The translations under genes and the position numbers were made by a program. A stretch of DNA of 64,000 nucleotides from an uncultured SAR86 cluster bacterium (GTDB lineage: Bacteria > Pseudomonadota > Gammaproteobacteria > Magnimaribacterales > AG-339-G14): NCBI GenBank assembly GCA_902616715.1, contig CACMTR010000004.1, forward strand, positions 117,053 to 181,052, in the 5' to 3' direction. Positions 19,423 to 29,544 of this stretch are shown here, one piece after another; the stretch's first letter is position 1, and each line of letters opens with the position of its first letter. Below the pieces are notes generated by a model that was not told the origin of the DNA, ran no database searches, and saw only the letters and a program-made list of their open reading frames with translations.

Positions 19423-20525
19423 TGAGTAGACAGCCTTTAGATTTTTCTTTGAATCTTGGAATAGACAATTCCAGAAGAAATTCAGTATTTGATGTTTGGA
19501 TCGTCACGAGTGTTTTCCTTCTGAGTTTGTTAGGAATTTCAATGATTTATAGTGCCAGTCAGTCAGTTGAAATGGCATTAAGGCAAGGTATTTATATGGT
19601 TTTTGGATTTGTAGTACTAACAATAATTTCTTTTTCCAATTTTAGAAAAATGGAAGTTTTTTATCTCTATAGTTATTGGCCTGGATTATTTCTGTTAATT
19701 ATTGTTTTATTTTTTTCAAATGAAAATAATGAAACTAGTAGATGGATTGATTTAGGGATGTTTACAATTCAACCTTCTGAACTTATGAGGTTCCTTCTTC
19801 CATTATCTGCCGCAGCATTTCTATCAAGAAAACCCTCGATTTCAAATTTTGATTATTTAGTGGTTTTTGTTCTTACCTTGTTGGCTACATTTTTAGTCTT
19901 GCTTCAACCCGATTTAGGGACAGCATTAATTGTTCTTTTATCGGGAATTTTGCCAATTTTGTTGGGAGGTCTTCCTTGGCGTTATATTTATTTGGGAGCT
20001 TTCGTTACAGTTTGTTCTTTGCCATTAATTTGGTTTTCATTATATGAGTACCAACAACAGCGTATTCTAACTTTGTTTAATCCAGAGGCAGATATTTATG
20101 GTGCTGGATGGAACATAGCTCAATCTAAAATCGCAATTGGTTCAGGAGGATTTTGGGGCAAAGGTTATTTAAACGGTTCTCAAAGCCAATTGAATTTCAT
20201 TCCAGAGAGTCATTCAGATTTTATATTTTCAGTTATTTCTGAAGAATTTGGCTTAATCGGGGTTTTATTCCTAATGTTTCTTTATGGTTTATTAATTTAT
20301 AGATTAATCTTAATTTCTATAAAGCATCAAAACCGATTTGCTAAGATTTTATCTGCAACCCTTTCAACAATATTACTGGCTTACATATCTATCAATATTT
20401 GTATGGTAATCGGGCTTTTACCTGTTGTAGGAATGCCTTTGCCTTTTGTGAGTCAGGGAGGAACTGCTTTGATTATAAACTTAGTTACAATAGGAATTAT
20501 TTTGTCTTTGAGGCGAGAAACTTAA
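19422..20525 (+). CDS. rodA: SEDS peptidoglycan glycosyltransferase RodA
   Basis: 367 aa, about 10 TM, with QPDLGTALI, HSDFIFSVISEEFG and PLPFVSQGGT blocks. Confidence 0.93.
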   Translation: MSRQPLDFSLNLGIDNSRRNSVFDVWIVTSVFLLSLLGISMIYSASQSVEMALRQGIYMVFGFVVLTIISFSNFRKMEVFYLYSYWPGLFLLIIVLFFSNENNETSRWIDLGMFTIQPSELMRFLLPLSAAAFLSRKPSISNFDYLVVFVLTLLATFLVLLQPDLGTALIVLLSGILPILLGGLPWRYIYLGAFVTVCSLPLIWFSLYEYQQQRILTLFNPEADIYGAGWNIAQSKIAIGSGGFWGKGYLNGSQSQLNFIPESHSDFIFSVISEEFGLIGVLFLMFLYGLLIYRLILISIKHQNRFAKILSATLSTILLAYISINICMVIGLLPVVGMPLPFVSQGGTALIINLVTIGIILSLRRET

Positions 20526-21485
20526 ATGAAATATAAATTTATTATTTTGATTTGTTTTTGTTCTTATGTTCACTCTAACTATTTAGATCGTGATGAAGTA
20601 CATGAATTTATTGATTTTATGTCAAAGGAACATGACTTTGATAAGACATATTTAGTGGAAGTTTTTTCAAAAGCTGTAAAACAACAAAACATAATTGACT
20701 CTATGAATAAACCTGCTGAAAAGGTTGTTACATGGGATCAATATAAAAATAGAGTTTCTTTTTTTAGAATTCAAAGCGGTAAAGTTTTTTTAAACACTTA
20801 TGAAAGGTGGTTTGATAAAGCTGAGAAAGATTTTGGAGTTCCGCGAGAAGTTATAGCCGCAATTATAGGACTAGAGACAAATTACGGTGGTTATAAAGGC
20901 AAGATAAGAGTCATTGATGCTCTAAGTACTGCTGCATTTGATTATCCTAGAAGAAGATCCTTCTTTAAAAAACAATTAGAAGAGTTTTTCTTGCTTTCTA
21001 GAGAAGAAAATTTCGACATAACTGGAGTTCGAGGATCATATGCTGGAGCAATGGGATTTGCGCAATTTATGCCAGATAATTATAGAAGATTGGCTTTGGA
21101 TTTTGATGAGGATGGCAAAAGAGACATTATGAATAATGCGGCTGATGCCATAGGAAGTGTTGCAAATTTTTTATCTTCAGATTTAGGTAATAAAAGAGGA
21201 TGGGATAGAAATGGGTTTATTGCGCTTCCAGCTCAAGCAAAAAGAAAAAATAAATCAATTAAGTCGTCATTTAAGTTAGTTCCTTACAATGAATTAGATA
21301 TTGTCTATGAAAAAGACAATCTTGATTTTTCAAAAAAATATATTCAGATCTCTCTTTTTCCAAAAAATGAAGAAAGAGATGAGTTTTGGATTGGCGATAA
21401 AAATCTTTATGCAATAACAAGGTATAATCCAAGTTCTAAGTATGCAATGTCAGTCTTTCTTTTGAGCGAAGAGTTAAAAAATTAG
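20526..21485 (+). CDS. mltB: Lytic murein transglycosylase B
   Basis: 319 aa with IIGLETNYGGY (catalytic Glu context) and SYAGAMGFAQFMP blocks. Confidence 0.88.
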   Translation: MKYKFIILICFCSYVHSNYLDRDEVHEFIDFMSKEHDFDKTYLVEVFSKAVKQQNIIDSMNKPAEKVVTWDQYKNRVSFFRIQSGKVFLNTYERWFDKAEKDFGVPREVIAAIIGLETNYGGYKGKIRVIDALSTAAFDYPRRRSFFKKQLEEFFLLSREENFDITGVRGSYAGAMGFAQFMPDNYRRLALDFDEDGKRDIMNNAADAIGSVANFLSSDLGNKRGWDRNGFIALPAQAKRKNKSIKSSFKLVPYNELDIVYEKDNLDFSKKYIQISLFPKNEERDEFWIGDKNLYAITRYNPSSKYAMSVFLLSEELKN

Positions 21486-21493
21486 ATAAACGT

Positions 21494-22648
21494 ATGAAAT
21501 TAATTTACTTGTTTTGGTTATTTATTATCAGTCTTAATTCTTATTCCCAAGCTTTAATTCCAAATCCACCTCAATTATCTGCAACGAGTTATCTTTTATT
21601 AGATGCAAAAACTTTGAAAGTTATTTCTGAGGACAATTCAAGTCAATCAACTGGCTTGGCTAGTATTACAAAGATAATGACCGCTTATGTAGTTGCAGAC
21701 CAAATCAATAAGGGTTTTTTAAGAAATGATTCTTTAGTGAAAATTAGCGAAAAATGTTGGCGTACTGAAGGATCTAGAATGTTTGTCAAAGAAGGAACTG
21801 AAGTTACTGTTGAAGATCTTATGTTAGGGGTTATCGTGCAATCAGGAAATGACGCAAGTTGTGCTTTAGCTGAACATATCGCTGGTTCTGAATATGATTT
21901 TTCAATTTTAATGAATGAATATGCCAAAGAAATGAAGTTAGAAGAGACAAACTTTATGAACCCAACAGGCCTTCCAGACGTAAATCATTATTCTACGGCA
22001 CAAGACATAGCAAAACTTAGCATAAGGCTAGTAGAAGATTATCCGGAAACATATAAAATTTTTAGTCAAAAAGAGTTTACTTATAATGAAATCAGACAGT
22101 TAAATCGTAACAGCTTACTTTGGCAAGATGATTCAATTGATGGTATTAAAACTGGCCATACAAGTAGCTCAGGATATTGTATGGTTTCTTCAGCTAAAAG
22201 AGGCGACATGAGGTTAATTGCAGTAACTCTTAACAGTGCTTCAGAAAAAGCAAGGCTCCGAGATAACCGAAGATTGCTTGATTACGGTTTCAGATATTAT
22301 TCAACTAAGAAAATTCTGTCTAAATATGAAACCGTTTCGTCAGTAGATGTATGGGCAGGAAGTGAAGATATTTTAAATTTAGGGCCATCTGAAGATATTT
22401 ATCTTACTCTCACCAAACCCGAGTTTAATTCTCTTGAATTAATTGCATCTAAAAACTTAGGCGTTAAAGCTCCAATTAATAAGGACGATGTTTTAGATTC
22501 TTTAGACTTCGTAATCGATGGCAAAACTTTAAAAAGCATAGATCTTGTAGCAGTTAAAAAAATAGATTCAAAAGGTTTTTTATCTTCAACATTCGAAGCT
22601 ATAGGTTTTTATATTTACAGCTTTTTCATGCAAGACGAAGTCAATTAA
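21494..22648 (+). CDS. dacA: D-alanyl-D-alanine carboxypeptidase (PBP5/6 class)
   Basis: It has a signal peptide, SxxK (ASITKIM), SGN (QSGND) and KTGHT, plus the C-terminal beta-domain. Confidence 0.9.
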   Translation: MKLIYLFWLFIISLNSYSQALIPNPPQLSATSYLLLDAKTLKVISEDNSSQSTGLASITKIMTAYVVADQINKGFLRNDSLVKISEKCWRTEGSRMFVKEGTEVTVEDLMLGVIVQSGNDASCALAEHIAGSEYDFSILMNEYAKEMKLEETNFMNPTGLPDVNHYSTAQDIAKLSIRLVEDYPETYKIFSQKEFTYNEIRQLNRNSLLWQDDSIDGIKTGHTSSSGYCMVSSAKRGDMRLIAVTLNSASEKARLRDNRRLLDYGFRYYSTKKILSKYETVSSVDVWAGSEDILNLGPSEDIYLTLTKPEFNSLELIASKNLGVKAPINKDDVLDSLDFVIDGKTLKSIDLVAVKKIDSKGFLSSTFEAIGFYIYSFFMQDEVN

Positions 22649-23496
22649 TGACAATCTGCTATCTAAATGACGATTTTGTTGAGCTCAGTAAGGCAAGCAT
22701 TTCTCCTTTAGACAGAGGATTTCTATTTGGAGATTCAGTGTATGAGGTCTTAGCTGCTTACAAGAAAAATCTATTCAGATTAGACGATCATGTTGATAGG
22801 TTAAATAAAAATTTAGAATTACTAGGCATTAAAGTAAATCTTTCCAACACTGAAATAAAAACTATTTTGAAAGAAGTTTGCCTTAAAAATTTGGAAGAAA
22901 ATCAAATAATTTATCTACAGATCTCAAGAGGAGTCGAGGAAATAAGGAATCACATTCCAAAAGAGGATACCAAGCCAACTTTATTTGTATGCTCATTTGA
23001 AATGAAGAATGTTCCTAAAGAAAATAATGAAACCATAAAAGCAATTTTAAGCTCTGATATTCGATGGAAAAAAAGTTCAATTAAATCTACCTCTTTGTTG
23101 GCAAATGTTTTGTACAAAATAAAAGCTCAAGAGAAGGGAGTAGATGAACTTTTAATGAGTGATTCTGGATTTATTACTGAAGGAGCTGTGAGTAATGTTT
23201 TCTGTGTAAATGAAAATAGAATATATACGCCTCCTTTAGAAGCAAATATCCTTCCCGGAATAACAAGAAAAGTAATCATAGAAATATTCCAGGATCTAAA
23301 TTTAAATTTTGAAGAAAAGAAAATTGACGAAGAATTTCTATTTAAATCAGATGAACTTTGGATTACTAATACGACTAAAGGTATTCTTCCAATTATCGAA
23401 TTAGATAAAAAAATAATTGGAGACGGGAATCCCGGCAAATTGTATCAATTAGTCAAGCAGGCTTTCTTGAAAAAAATTGAGGATTGCAAAGCTTGA
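22648..23496 (+). CDS. Class IV (fold type IV) PLP aminotransferase, D-amino-acid transaminase-like
   Basis: 282 aa with RGFLFGDSVYEV, YLQISRG, EGAVSNVF and ILPGITR blocks. It has a TAATG overlap with dacA. Assignment as D-amino-acid transaminase versus PabC or IlvE-like cannot be settled by eye. Confidence 0.75.
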   Translation: MTICYLNDDFVELSKASISPLDRGFLFGDSVYEVLAAYKKNLFRLDDHVDRLNKNLELLGIKVNLSNTEIKTILKEVCLKNLEENQIIYLQISRGVEEIRNHIPKEDTKPTLFVCSFEMKNVPKENNETIKAILSSDIRWKKSSIKSTSLLANVLYKIKAQEKGVDELLMSDSGFITEGAVSNVFCVNENRIYTPPLEANILPGITRKVIIEIFQDLNLNFEEKKIDEEFLFKSDELWITNTTKGILPIIELDKKIIGDGNPGKLYQLVKQAFLKKIEDCKA

Positions 23497-24385
23497 TAAG
23501 TATTTTTTCACTTGTACTCCAAAAATCGCTTCTACCCATTTTAAAATCCCTATCAAGTTTTGCTAATTCCTTCTTCAAGTTGATCATGAAACTTAATTCT
23601 AGTTTTGAAGATTTTCTTTTCAAGCTATCTAAATAAGTTCTAGGACCTGGAAAGTTCGAATTAGGATCTTGTTTTGTCAAAATCAATCTCTCCATTTCTC
23701 TGAAAAGGAACCATAAGATAATTGGCTCAGCAGTCTTTTTATTTTGGAGATTTCTAAATATTTTTAAGCTCATATCGATATCGTCATTTAATATAGAGTC
23801 AGATAAATTAAATATTTCAAAATCTGAATTTTCGGAAATAGAAGTTTTTTCAGATGAATTCAAGGCTTTGAGGAACTTAATTTCTTGCATTGCAGCAAGG
23901 AAATTTCCTTGAGTTTTTTCAACAATTAAATTTATTGTTTCAATGTCTAAATCAAGAAAATTCTTTTTTGATTGTTGGATAACCCAATTCCTAAACTGAT
24001 TAGGATAAATTTTTTTTATTTCGGTAACGTCTGAGATATTAGATATTTCTTTAAACCATTTTTTAGTAGCTAATCTTTCAATATTATTTATAGAGACAAT
24101 TAATGAATTGTCTTCACTTAGATGCCTGCAAAAGTCGATGAAGCTTTCGGAGCTATCTTTCGTAAGTGAAGAATTTAACCTTAAATCTATGATTTTTCTT
24201 TCACTAAACAACGAGGTTTCATTTTCTTTAAATAGATTTTCTAACTTGAAAGATGAGTCATTGCTAAAAAAAATTTCTCTTAAAAAATATTCCTTTTTTC
24301 TTAAATCTTGGATTATTTCATCTCGTTTTAATTCAATTAGAAAAGGTTCCGTACCATGGATTGTATAAATATTAGAAACTTTCAT
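23453..24385 (-). CDS. holA: DNA polymerase III delta subunit
   Basis: 310 aa. The N-terminal IYTIHGTEPFLI resembles the LYL..GEE.FL start of HolA. It has the canonical leuS-lptE-holA position. Confidence 0.75.
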   Translation of the reverse strand: MKVSNIYTIHGTEPFLIELKRDEIIQDLRKKEYFLREIFFSNDSSFKLENLFKENETSLFSERKIIDLRLNSSLTKDSSESFIDFCRHLSEDNSLIVSINNIERLATKKWFKEISNISDVTEIKKIYPNQFRNWVIQQSKKNFLDLDIETINLIVEKTQGNFLAAMQEIKFLKALNSSEKTSISENSDFEIFNLSDSILNDDIDMSLKIFRNLQNKKTAEPIILWFLFREMERLILTKQDPNSNFPGPRTYLDSLKRKSSKLELSFMINLKKELAKLDRDFKMGRSDFWSTSEKILIKLCNPQFFSRKPA

Positions 24386-24861
24386 TAAAGATTAGATGAA
24401 AAATTCGAAATTCTAAAAGACAATTCAATTAACGCTTGTTGAAAGAAATTCATTTTAATTTCTTCGATCTTTTGTTCGTTAGATAAAATGCTATCAGTAT
24501 CATAGGCAAAATCTTCATTAACAAAAAATTCTATAAATTCACTTTTGGAATTCGTCTTTAAATAAAAATCAAATTGATAATCTAATGTCCCAACAGCTGG
24601 AAAAAAATTTTTATCTGTTACGTTTAAGAATTTCCCGATCCTGTGATTAACAATTTCAACTTCTAAATCTGCATCATTTGATGAAGAAACTTCAAGATTC
24701 AGAAAAGGGGTATTCTTCCTAATTTCAGCAAGAAGTGATTGATTTAGAGGATTGTTTTTGAAGGAAAAATGAATTTTAAGCAGCTCATCGTTAGATTCAT
24801 TGACTGGAGAATATCCGCAGCTGAATAATATAATTAATAATAAAGATAGATATAGCTTCAT
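24385..24861 (-). CDS. lptE: LPS-assembly lipoprotein LptE
   Basis: 158 aa, lipobox ILFSCG. It lies between leuS and holA, as in E. coli and Pseudomonas. Confidence 0.75.
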   Translation of the reverse strand: MKLYLSLLLIILFSCGYSPVNESNDELLKIHFSFKNNPLNQSLLAEIRKNTPFLNLEVSSSNDADLEVEIVNHRIGKFLNVTDKNFFPAVGTLDYQFDFYLKTNSKSEFIEFFVNEDFAYDTDSILSNEQKIEEIKMNFFQQALIELSFRISNFSSNL

Positions 24862-27230
24862 TTAACAACAAAATTGATTAATTTCTTTTCAATAAATATT
24901 ACCCTAAGGACTTCCTTATCTGATATAAATTTCTTTACATTATCTATATTTTTAGCTGAGTCAATTATGGTCTCTTTTTCGTCCTCATGACTTACTTTTA
25001 GTGAGCCTCTAACTTTTCCATTGACTTGAATAACAAAATTGATTTCTGAAGATTCTAAATACGATTTGTCAAAATTAGGCCACTTGTTATCTTCTATTTT
25101 ACTTTCATTAAGTTGATCCCAAAGTTCATGGCAAATGTGAGGAGAAATTGGGTAAAGCATTAGTAAAGTTGTATTGATTATTTTTCTTAATGATTTATTT
25201 TTTTGTTCTGTTACTGTTTCCTCTAAGAAAATGTCTGGAATAAAATTTATCAATTCCATAATAGAAGATATAGCAGTATTAAATGACTGTCTTCTTTCAA
25301 AGTCATCAGAAACCTTTTTTATAGTTTGATTTAGTTTAACTTCTAGTTTTTCTTCTAAACCTTCATCATCGCTATCAACAATTTTTTGAGCCTTAATAAT
25401 CTGCGTTAGGTTCCATAATTTATTCAAAAATTTAAAAGATCCTTTTAAGCCCTCGTTAGACCACTCCAAAGACTGATTAGGTGGCGCTGCAAACATTGAA
25501 AACATTCTTACAGCATCAGAACCAAATTCTTCAATTAAGTCTTTGGGGTTTACGACATTACCTTTTGATTTAGACATCTTGGAGCCGTCCTTTAAAACCA
25601 TTCCTTGGCAAAGTAAATTTGTGAAGGGCTCTCTTGTTTTTAAGAGGTCTAAGTCATTCATTGCTTTACAAAAAAATCTTGAATATAAAAGATGCAAGAT
25701 TGCATGTTCTATACCACCTATATATTGATCTACAGGAAGCCAATAGTTTGCCTCATCGTCAAGAATTTTGTCTTGAGATTTGTAAGAAGCAAATCTTGCA
25801 AAGTACCAAGATGATTCGACAAAAGTATCAAAAGTATCGGAATCTTTAGTATAAGTTTTACCATTCAAGTTAATTGAATCATTTTCTAGGTTATTACTAC
25901 TTAGTTCTGAAAATGGAAGAACGTCACTTGGATCATCATCATTTATCATCATAGGAATTTGAGCTCCCCAGCTTCTTTGTCTTGAAACACCCCAATTTCT
26001 TAATCTAAAATTTGTTTTTTTTGTACCAAATTCTTTTAATTTGCTTGTAGCCTCATCAGATAAAAGTCCATCTAAAAAACCAGAGTTAAATATTTCTCCT
26101 TTGTCTACAAAAGCTTCTTCCGAAACATTTATTTTTTTTTCTGAATCTTGGATAACTTGTTTTATTTCAATATTATATTTTTTTGCAAAATCATAGTCTC
26201 TTTGATCATGTGCTGGAACTCCCATCAACGCCCCAAAACCGTATTGAAGAACATAGTTTCCTACCCAGATCTCGATTTTCTCTTTTGTTATTGGATGGTA
26301 AGCGAAAGCATCTAATTTAAAACCTTCTTTTGTTGCTAAAGCTGAACTAACTTCAGAGGTAGATCCTTTGGAATTTTTCAAAATCCAATCTTTAAGGTTT
26401 TTATCTTTATCACTAAAACTTTTTGTAATTGGATGAGATATGGAAAGCGCTATGAATGTTACTCCCATGATTGTATCCGGCCTCGTAGTAAACACTTTTA
26501 AAGGATCTCCAGAGTTTGTTTCAAATGCAAATTCCATTCCCTCAGACTTACCAATCCAGTTTTTTTGCATAAGTTTTACTTGTTCTGGCCATCCAGAAAG
26601 ATTATCAAGTTCTCTCAATAACTCCTCTGCATAATCTTCTATTTTTAAAGCCCATTGACTTATAATTTTTTTTTCTACTTCTGCTCCAGATCGCCAACCT
26701 TTTCCATCAATGACCTGTTCATTTGCAAGTACTGTTTTATCGATGGGATCCCAATTTACTTCCGCCTCTTCTCTGATAACTAAATTCTTTTTATAAAGTT
26801 CGCAAAATAGCCATTGCTCCCATTTAAAATAATCTTCATCACAAGTTTTAAATTCCCTTCTCCAATCGTAACTAAACCCTAAAGATTTAAGCTGCGTTTT
26901 CATTTTTTTTATATTTGTTTCGGTCCATTCTTTTGGGGAAACATTATTTTCAATAGCTGCATTTTCTGCAGGAAGTCCAAAAGCATCCCAACCCATAGGC
27001 TGCAAAACATTCTTGCCTTTCATTCTTTGAAATCTAGAGATCACATCTCCAATCGTATAATTTCTGACATGTCCCATATGAAGCTCGCCAGATGGATAAG
27101 GGAACATACTTAAACAGTAAAATTTTTCTTTTTCAGAATCTGCTTCTACTTCAAAACTTTTATTTTTTTCCCAAAAATCTTGAATTTTTTTTTCAATTTT
27201 ACCAGGGTTATATTCTTGAATTTTACCCAT
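24858..27230 (-). CDS. leuS: Leucine-tRNA ligase (compact, 790 aa)
   Basis: It has HMGHVRNY (HIGH), KMSKSKGN (KMSKS), and the editing-domain blocks TTRPDT and VPAHDQRDYDFA. Confidence 0.95.
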   Translation of the reverse strand: MGKIQEYNPGKIEKKIQDFWEKNKSFEVEADSEKEKFYCLSMFPYPSGELHMGHVRNYTIGDVISRFQRMKGKNVLQPMGWDAFGLPAENAAIENNVSPKEWTETNIKKMKTQLKSLGFSYDWRREFKTCDEDYFKWEQWLFCELYKKNLVIREEAEVNWDPIDKTVLANEQVIDGKGWRSGAEVEKKIISQWALKIEDYAEELLRELDNLSGWPEQVKLMQKNWIGKSEGMEFAFETNSGDPLKVFTTRPDTIMGVTFIALSISHPITKSFSDKDKNLKDWILKNSKGSTSEVSSALATKEGFKLDAFAYHPITKEKIEIWVGNYVLQYGFGALMGVPAHDQRDYDFAKKYNIEIKQVIQDSEKKINVSEEAFVDKGEIFNSGFLDGLLSDEATSKLKEFGTKKTNFRLRNWGVSRQRSWGAQIPMMINDDDPSDVLPFSELSSNNLENDSINLNGKTYTKDSDTFDTFVESSWYFARFASYKSQDKILDDEANYWLPVDQYIGGIEHAILHLLYSRFFCKAMNDLDLLKTREPFTNLLCQGMVLKDGSKMSKSKGNVVNPKDLIEEFGSDAVRMFSMFAAPPNQSLEWSNEGLKGSFKFLNKLWNLTQIIKAQKIVDSDDEGLEEKLEVKLNQTIKKVSDDFERRQSFNTAISSIMELINFIPDIFLEETVTEQKNKSLRKIINTTLLMLYPISPHICHELWDQLNESKIEDNKWPNFDKSYLESSEINFVIQVNGKVRGSLKVSHEDEKETIIDSAKNIDNVKKFISDKEVLRVIFIEKKLINFVVK

Positions 27231-28570
27231 TAGTTAATATTTAGAACGTCTTTAAGATAATTTATTGAGACATCTCCTTCAAAAAAATTGGGCTCTTTCA
27301 TAATTATTTCCTGAAGATCTTTGTTAGTCGATATTCCATCTACAAAGAACTCTTCTAAAGCGAATGACATTCTTTTGATAGCTGATTTTCTGTCAAAAGA
27401 GAATGCACATATCTTTGCAATCAGAGCGTCATAATAAGGCGAAACGGTATAGCCAGCGTAAAGGTGCGAGTCTACCCTAATACCAATACCTCCGGGTGGA
27501 TCGTATTCTGTAACTTTTCCTGGTGAAGGTATGAATGTTTCGGGATCTTCAGCATTTATTCTGCACTCAATCGCATGTCCATATTTCTTTATATCATTTT
27601 GTTTGAGTTCAAGTTTTTGACCTGAAGCTGTTTCAATTTGCAATTTAACTAAGTCTGTATTGGTTATCATCTCGGTGACTGTATGTTCGACCTGTAATCT
27701 AGTGTTCATCTCAATGAAATAAAATTCATCATCTTTATAGAGAAACTCAAAAGTTCCAACGCCTTTGTATTTCATTTTCTTTAAACAATTAATACAAAGC
27801 TTAAATAATTCCTCTTTTTTTGTTTCATTTAGATCCCAAGCTGGAGCTTCCTCAATAATTTTTTGGTTTTTTCTTTGAATAGAGCAATCTCTCTCAAAGA
27901 AGTGAAGGGCATTCCCAAAATTATCAGCAATTACTTGTACTTCGATATGCCTTGGATTTTCTATAAACTTTTCAAGATATATTTCGTCACTTCCAAAACT
28001 ATTCAACGCTTCTTGTTGAGTAATTCTCATACTAGAAAGAAGTTCTGATTCTTCTCTAACAATTTTAATACCTTTTCCACCACCGCCTGCTGCAGCTTTT
28101 ATTAATAAGGGATATCCTATTGTGTTGGCTATGTTTAAAGTTTCTCTATTTGTTGCAGAAACTCTTCCACTGCCAGGAACGCATTGTAAACCCGCAGAGG
28201 TTGCCATTTCTTTAGCTGAAATTTTATTACCCATAATTCTTATCGATTCCGGATCCGGTCCAATAAATGTATAACCGCTTGCTACTACTTGTTCAGCAAA
28301 ATGATCATTTTCTGCCAGAAAACCTACGCCAGGATGAACAGCATCTGCTCCAGATACTTCACAGGCGCTTATTAGGGCTGGAATGTTCAAATAACTTTTA
28401 TTTGATTGAGCAGGGCCAATACAAATAGCTTCATCTGCCATCTTCACGTGCTTAAGCTCTTTATCAGGTTCTGAATAGACTGCAACGGATTTTATACCCA
28501 TCTCTTTACAAGCCTTGAGCACACGAAGAGCTATCTCACCTCTGTTGGCAATTAAAATTTTGTCAAACAT
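27230..28570 (-). CDS. accC: Biotin carboxylase subunit of acetyl-CoA carboxylase
   Basis: 446 aa, ATP-grasp, with KILIANRGEIA, GGGGKG and EMNTRLQVEH blocks. Confidence 0.95.
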   Translation of the reverse strand: MFDKILIANRGEIALRVLKACKEMGIKSVAVYSEPDKELKHVKMADEAICIGPAQSNKSYLNIPALISACEVSGADAVHPGVGFLAENDHFAEQVVASGYTFIGPDPESIRIMGNKISAKEMATSAGLQCVPGSGRVSATNRETLNIANTIGYPLLIKAAAGGGGKGIKIVREESELLSSMRITQQEALNSFGSDEIYLEKFIENPRHIEVQVIADNFGNALHFFERDCSIQRKNQKIIEEAPAWDLNETKKEELFKLCINCLKKMKYKGVGTFEFLYKDDEFYFIEMNTRLQVEHTVTEMITNTDLVKLQIETASGQKLELKQNDIKKYGHAIECRINAEDPETFIPSPGKVTEYDPPGGIGIRVDSHLYAGYTVSPYYDALIAKICAFSFDRKSAIKRMSFALEEFFVDGISTNKDLQEIIMKEPNFFEGDVSINYLKDVLNIN

Positions 28571-28572
28571 TT

Positions 28573-29040
28573 TTAGTTTAAGATAAAAAGAGTTTGTCCA
28601 AATTCAACCGGTTCTGCGTCTTCAGGAATTATTTCTATAATTGTTCCGCTGAAATCCGCCTTAACTTCATTCATCATTTTCATTGCTTCAATGATACAAA
28701 GTACGTCTCCTTCATTTACGGTATCGCCTACTTTTACAAAAGTTTCTGCCCCTGGGTTAGGAGCCCCATAGAAAGTTCCCACCATTGGTGATTTAATTTC
28801 CTTGCCTGATGCTTTTTTAGTTTCTTCACTTTTAGAATCCTTTTCAACTTTTTGAGATTCTTCTTTCGAGATTGAGTTTTCTTCTGGTAGTTGAACAGCA
28901 GGTTGGGCAACTAAGGTTTGAGATAGGTTTGAACCAGCCTTAACTAATTTTACTGACTCTTCTCCCTCTTTAATTTCTATTTCATTAAGATTAGAATCTT
29001 CTAACATTTCAATCAATTTTTTTACTTTTCTTATATCCAT
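28573..29040 (-). CDS. accB: Biotin carboxyl carrier protein
   Basis: 155 aa with the EAMKMMNE biotinyl-lysine motif. Confidence 0.95.
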   Translation of the reverse strand: MDIRKVKKLIEMLEDSNLNEIEIKEGEESVKLVKAGSNLSQTLVAQPAVQLPEENSISKEESQKVEKDSKSEETKKASGKEIKSPMVGTFYGAPNPGAETFVKVGDTVNEGDVLCIIEAMKMMNEVKADFSGTIIEIIPEDAEPVEFGQTLFILN

Positions 29041-29484
29041 TTATAAGTCTCCAATTTTTTTTATTGCAAAATCTAATGCGCTTACATAGCTCTCTTCTCC
29101 TAGTCCTGAAATTACACCGATAGAAATATCAGAAAAAAAAGACTTTTCTCTAAAACTCTCTCTTCCAAAAATATTACTAATGTGAATTTCTATCATTGGA
29201 ATGTCTACTCCCAAAATTGCATCCCTCAATGCGACACTGGTATGAGTAAAAGCTCCCGGGTTAAAAAGAATTATCTTCACATTATTTTTTTTGGCTTCTT
29301 GTATTTTATCTACTAGCTCATGTTCCGCATTACTTTGAAAACAATCTAGTTCTATATTATTTTCTGAAGCAATTTGGGTAAGTTTAGATTCAATATCTTT
29401 TAAAGTACTACTTCCATAGATATCTTTCTCTCTAGAACCAAGAAGGTTAAGGTTTGGACCATTTAAAAGCAATAAGTTAGACAT
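29041..29484 (-). CDS. aroQ: Type II 3-dehydroquinate dehydratase
   Basis: 147 aa with [29 protein letters not shown] and EIHISNI blocks. Confidence 0.93.
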   Translation of the reverse strand: MSNLLLLNGPNLNLLGSREKDIYGSSTLKDIESKLTQIASENNIELDCFQSNAEHELVDKIQEAKKNNVKIILFNPGAFTHTSVALRDAILGVDIPMIEIHISNIFGRESFREKSFFSDISIGVISGLGEESYVSALDFAIKKIGDL

Positions 29485-29544
29485 ATTTTGAAGATTTTAA
29501 GAGATTATGATATCAATTTCAAAGATTTTTGAAGAAGATGAGCT

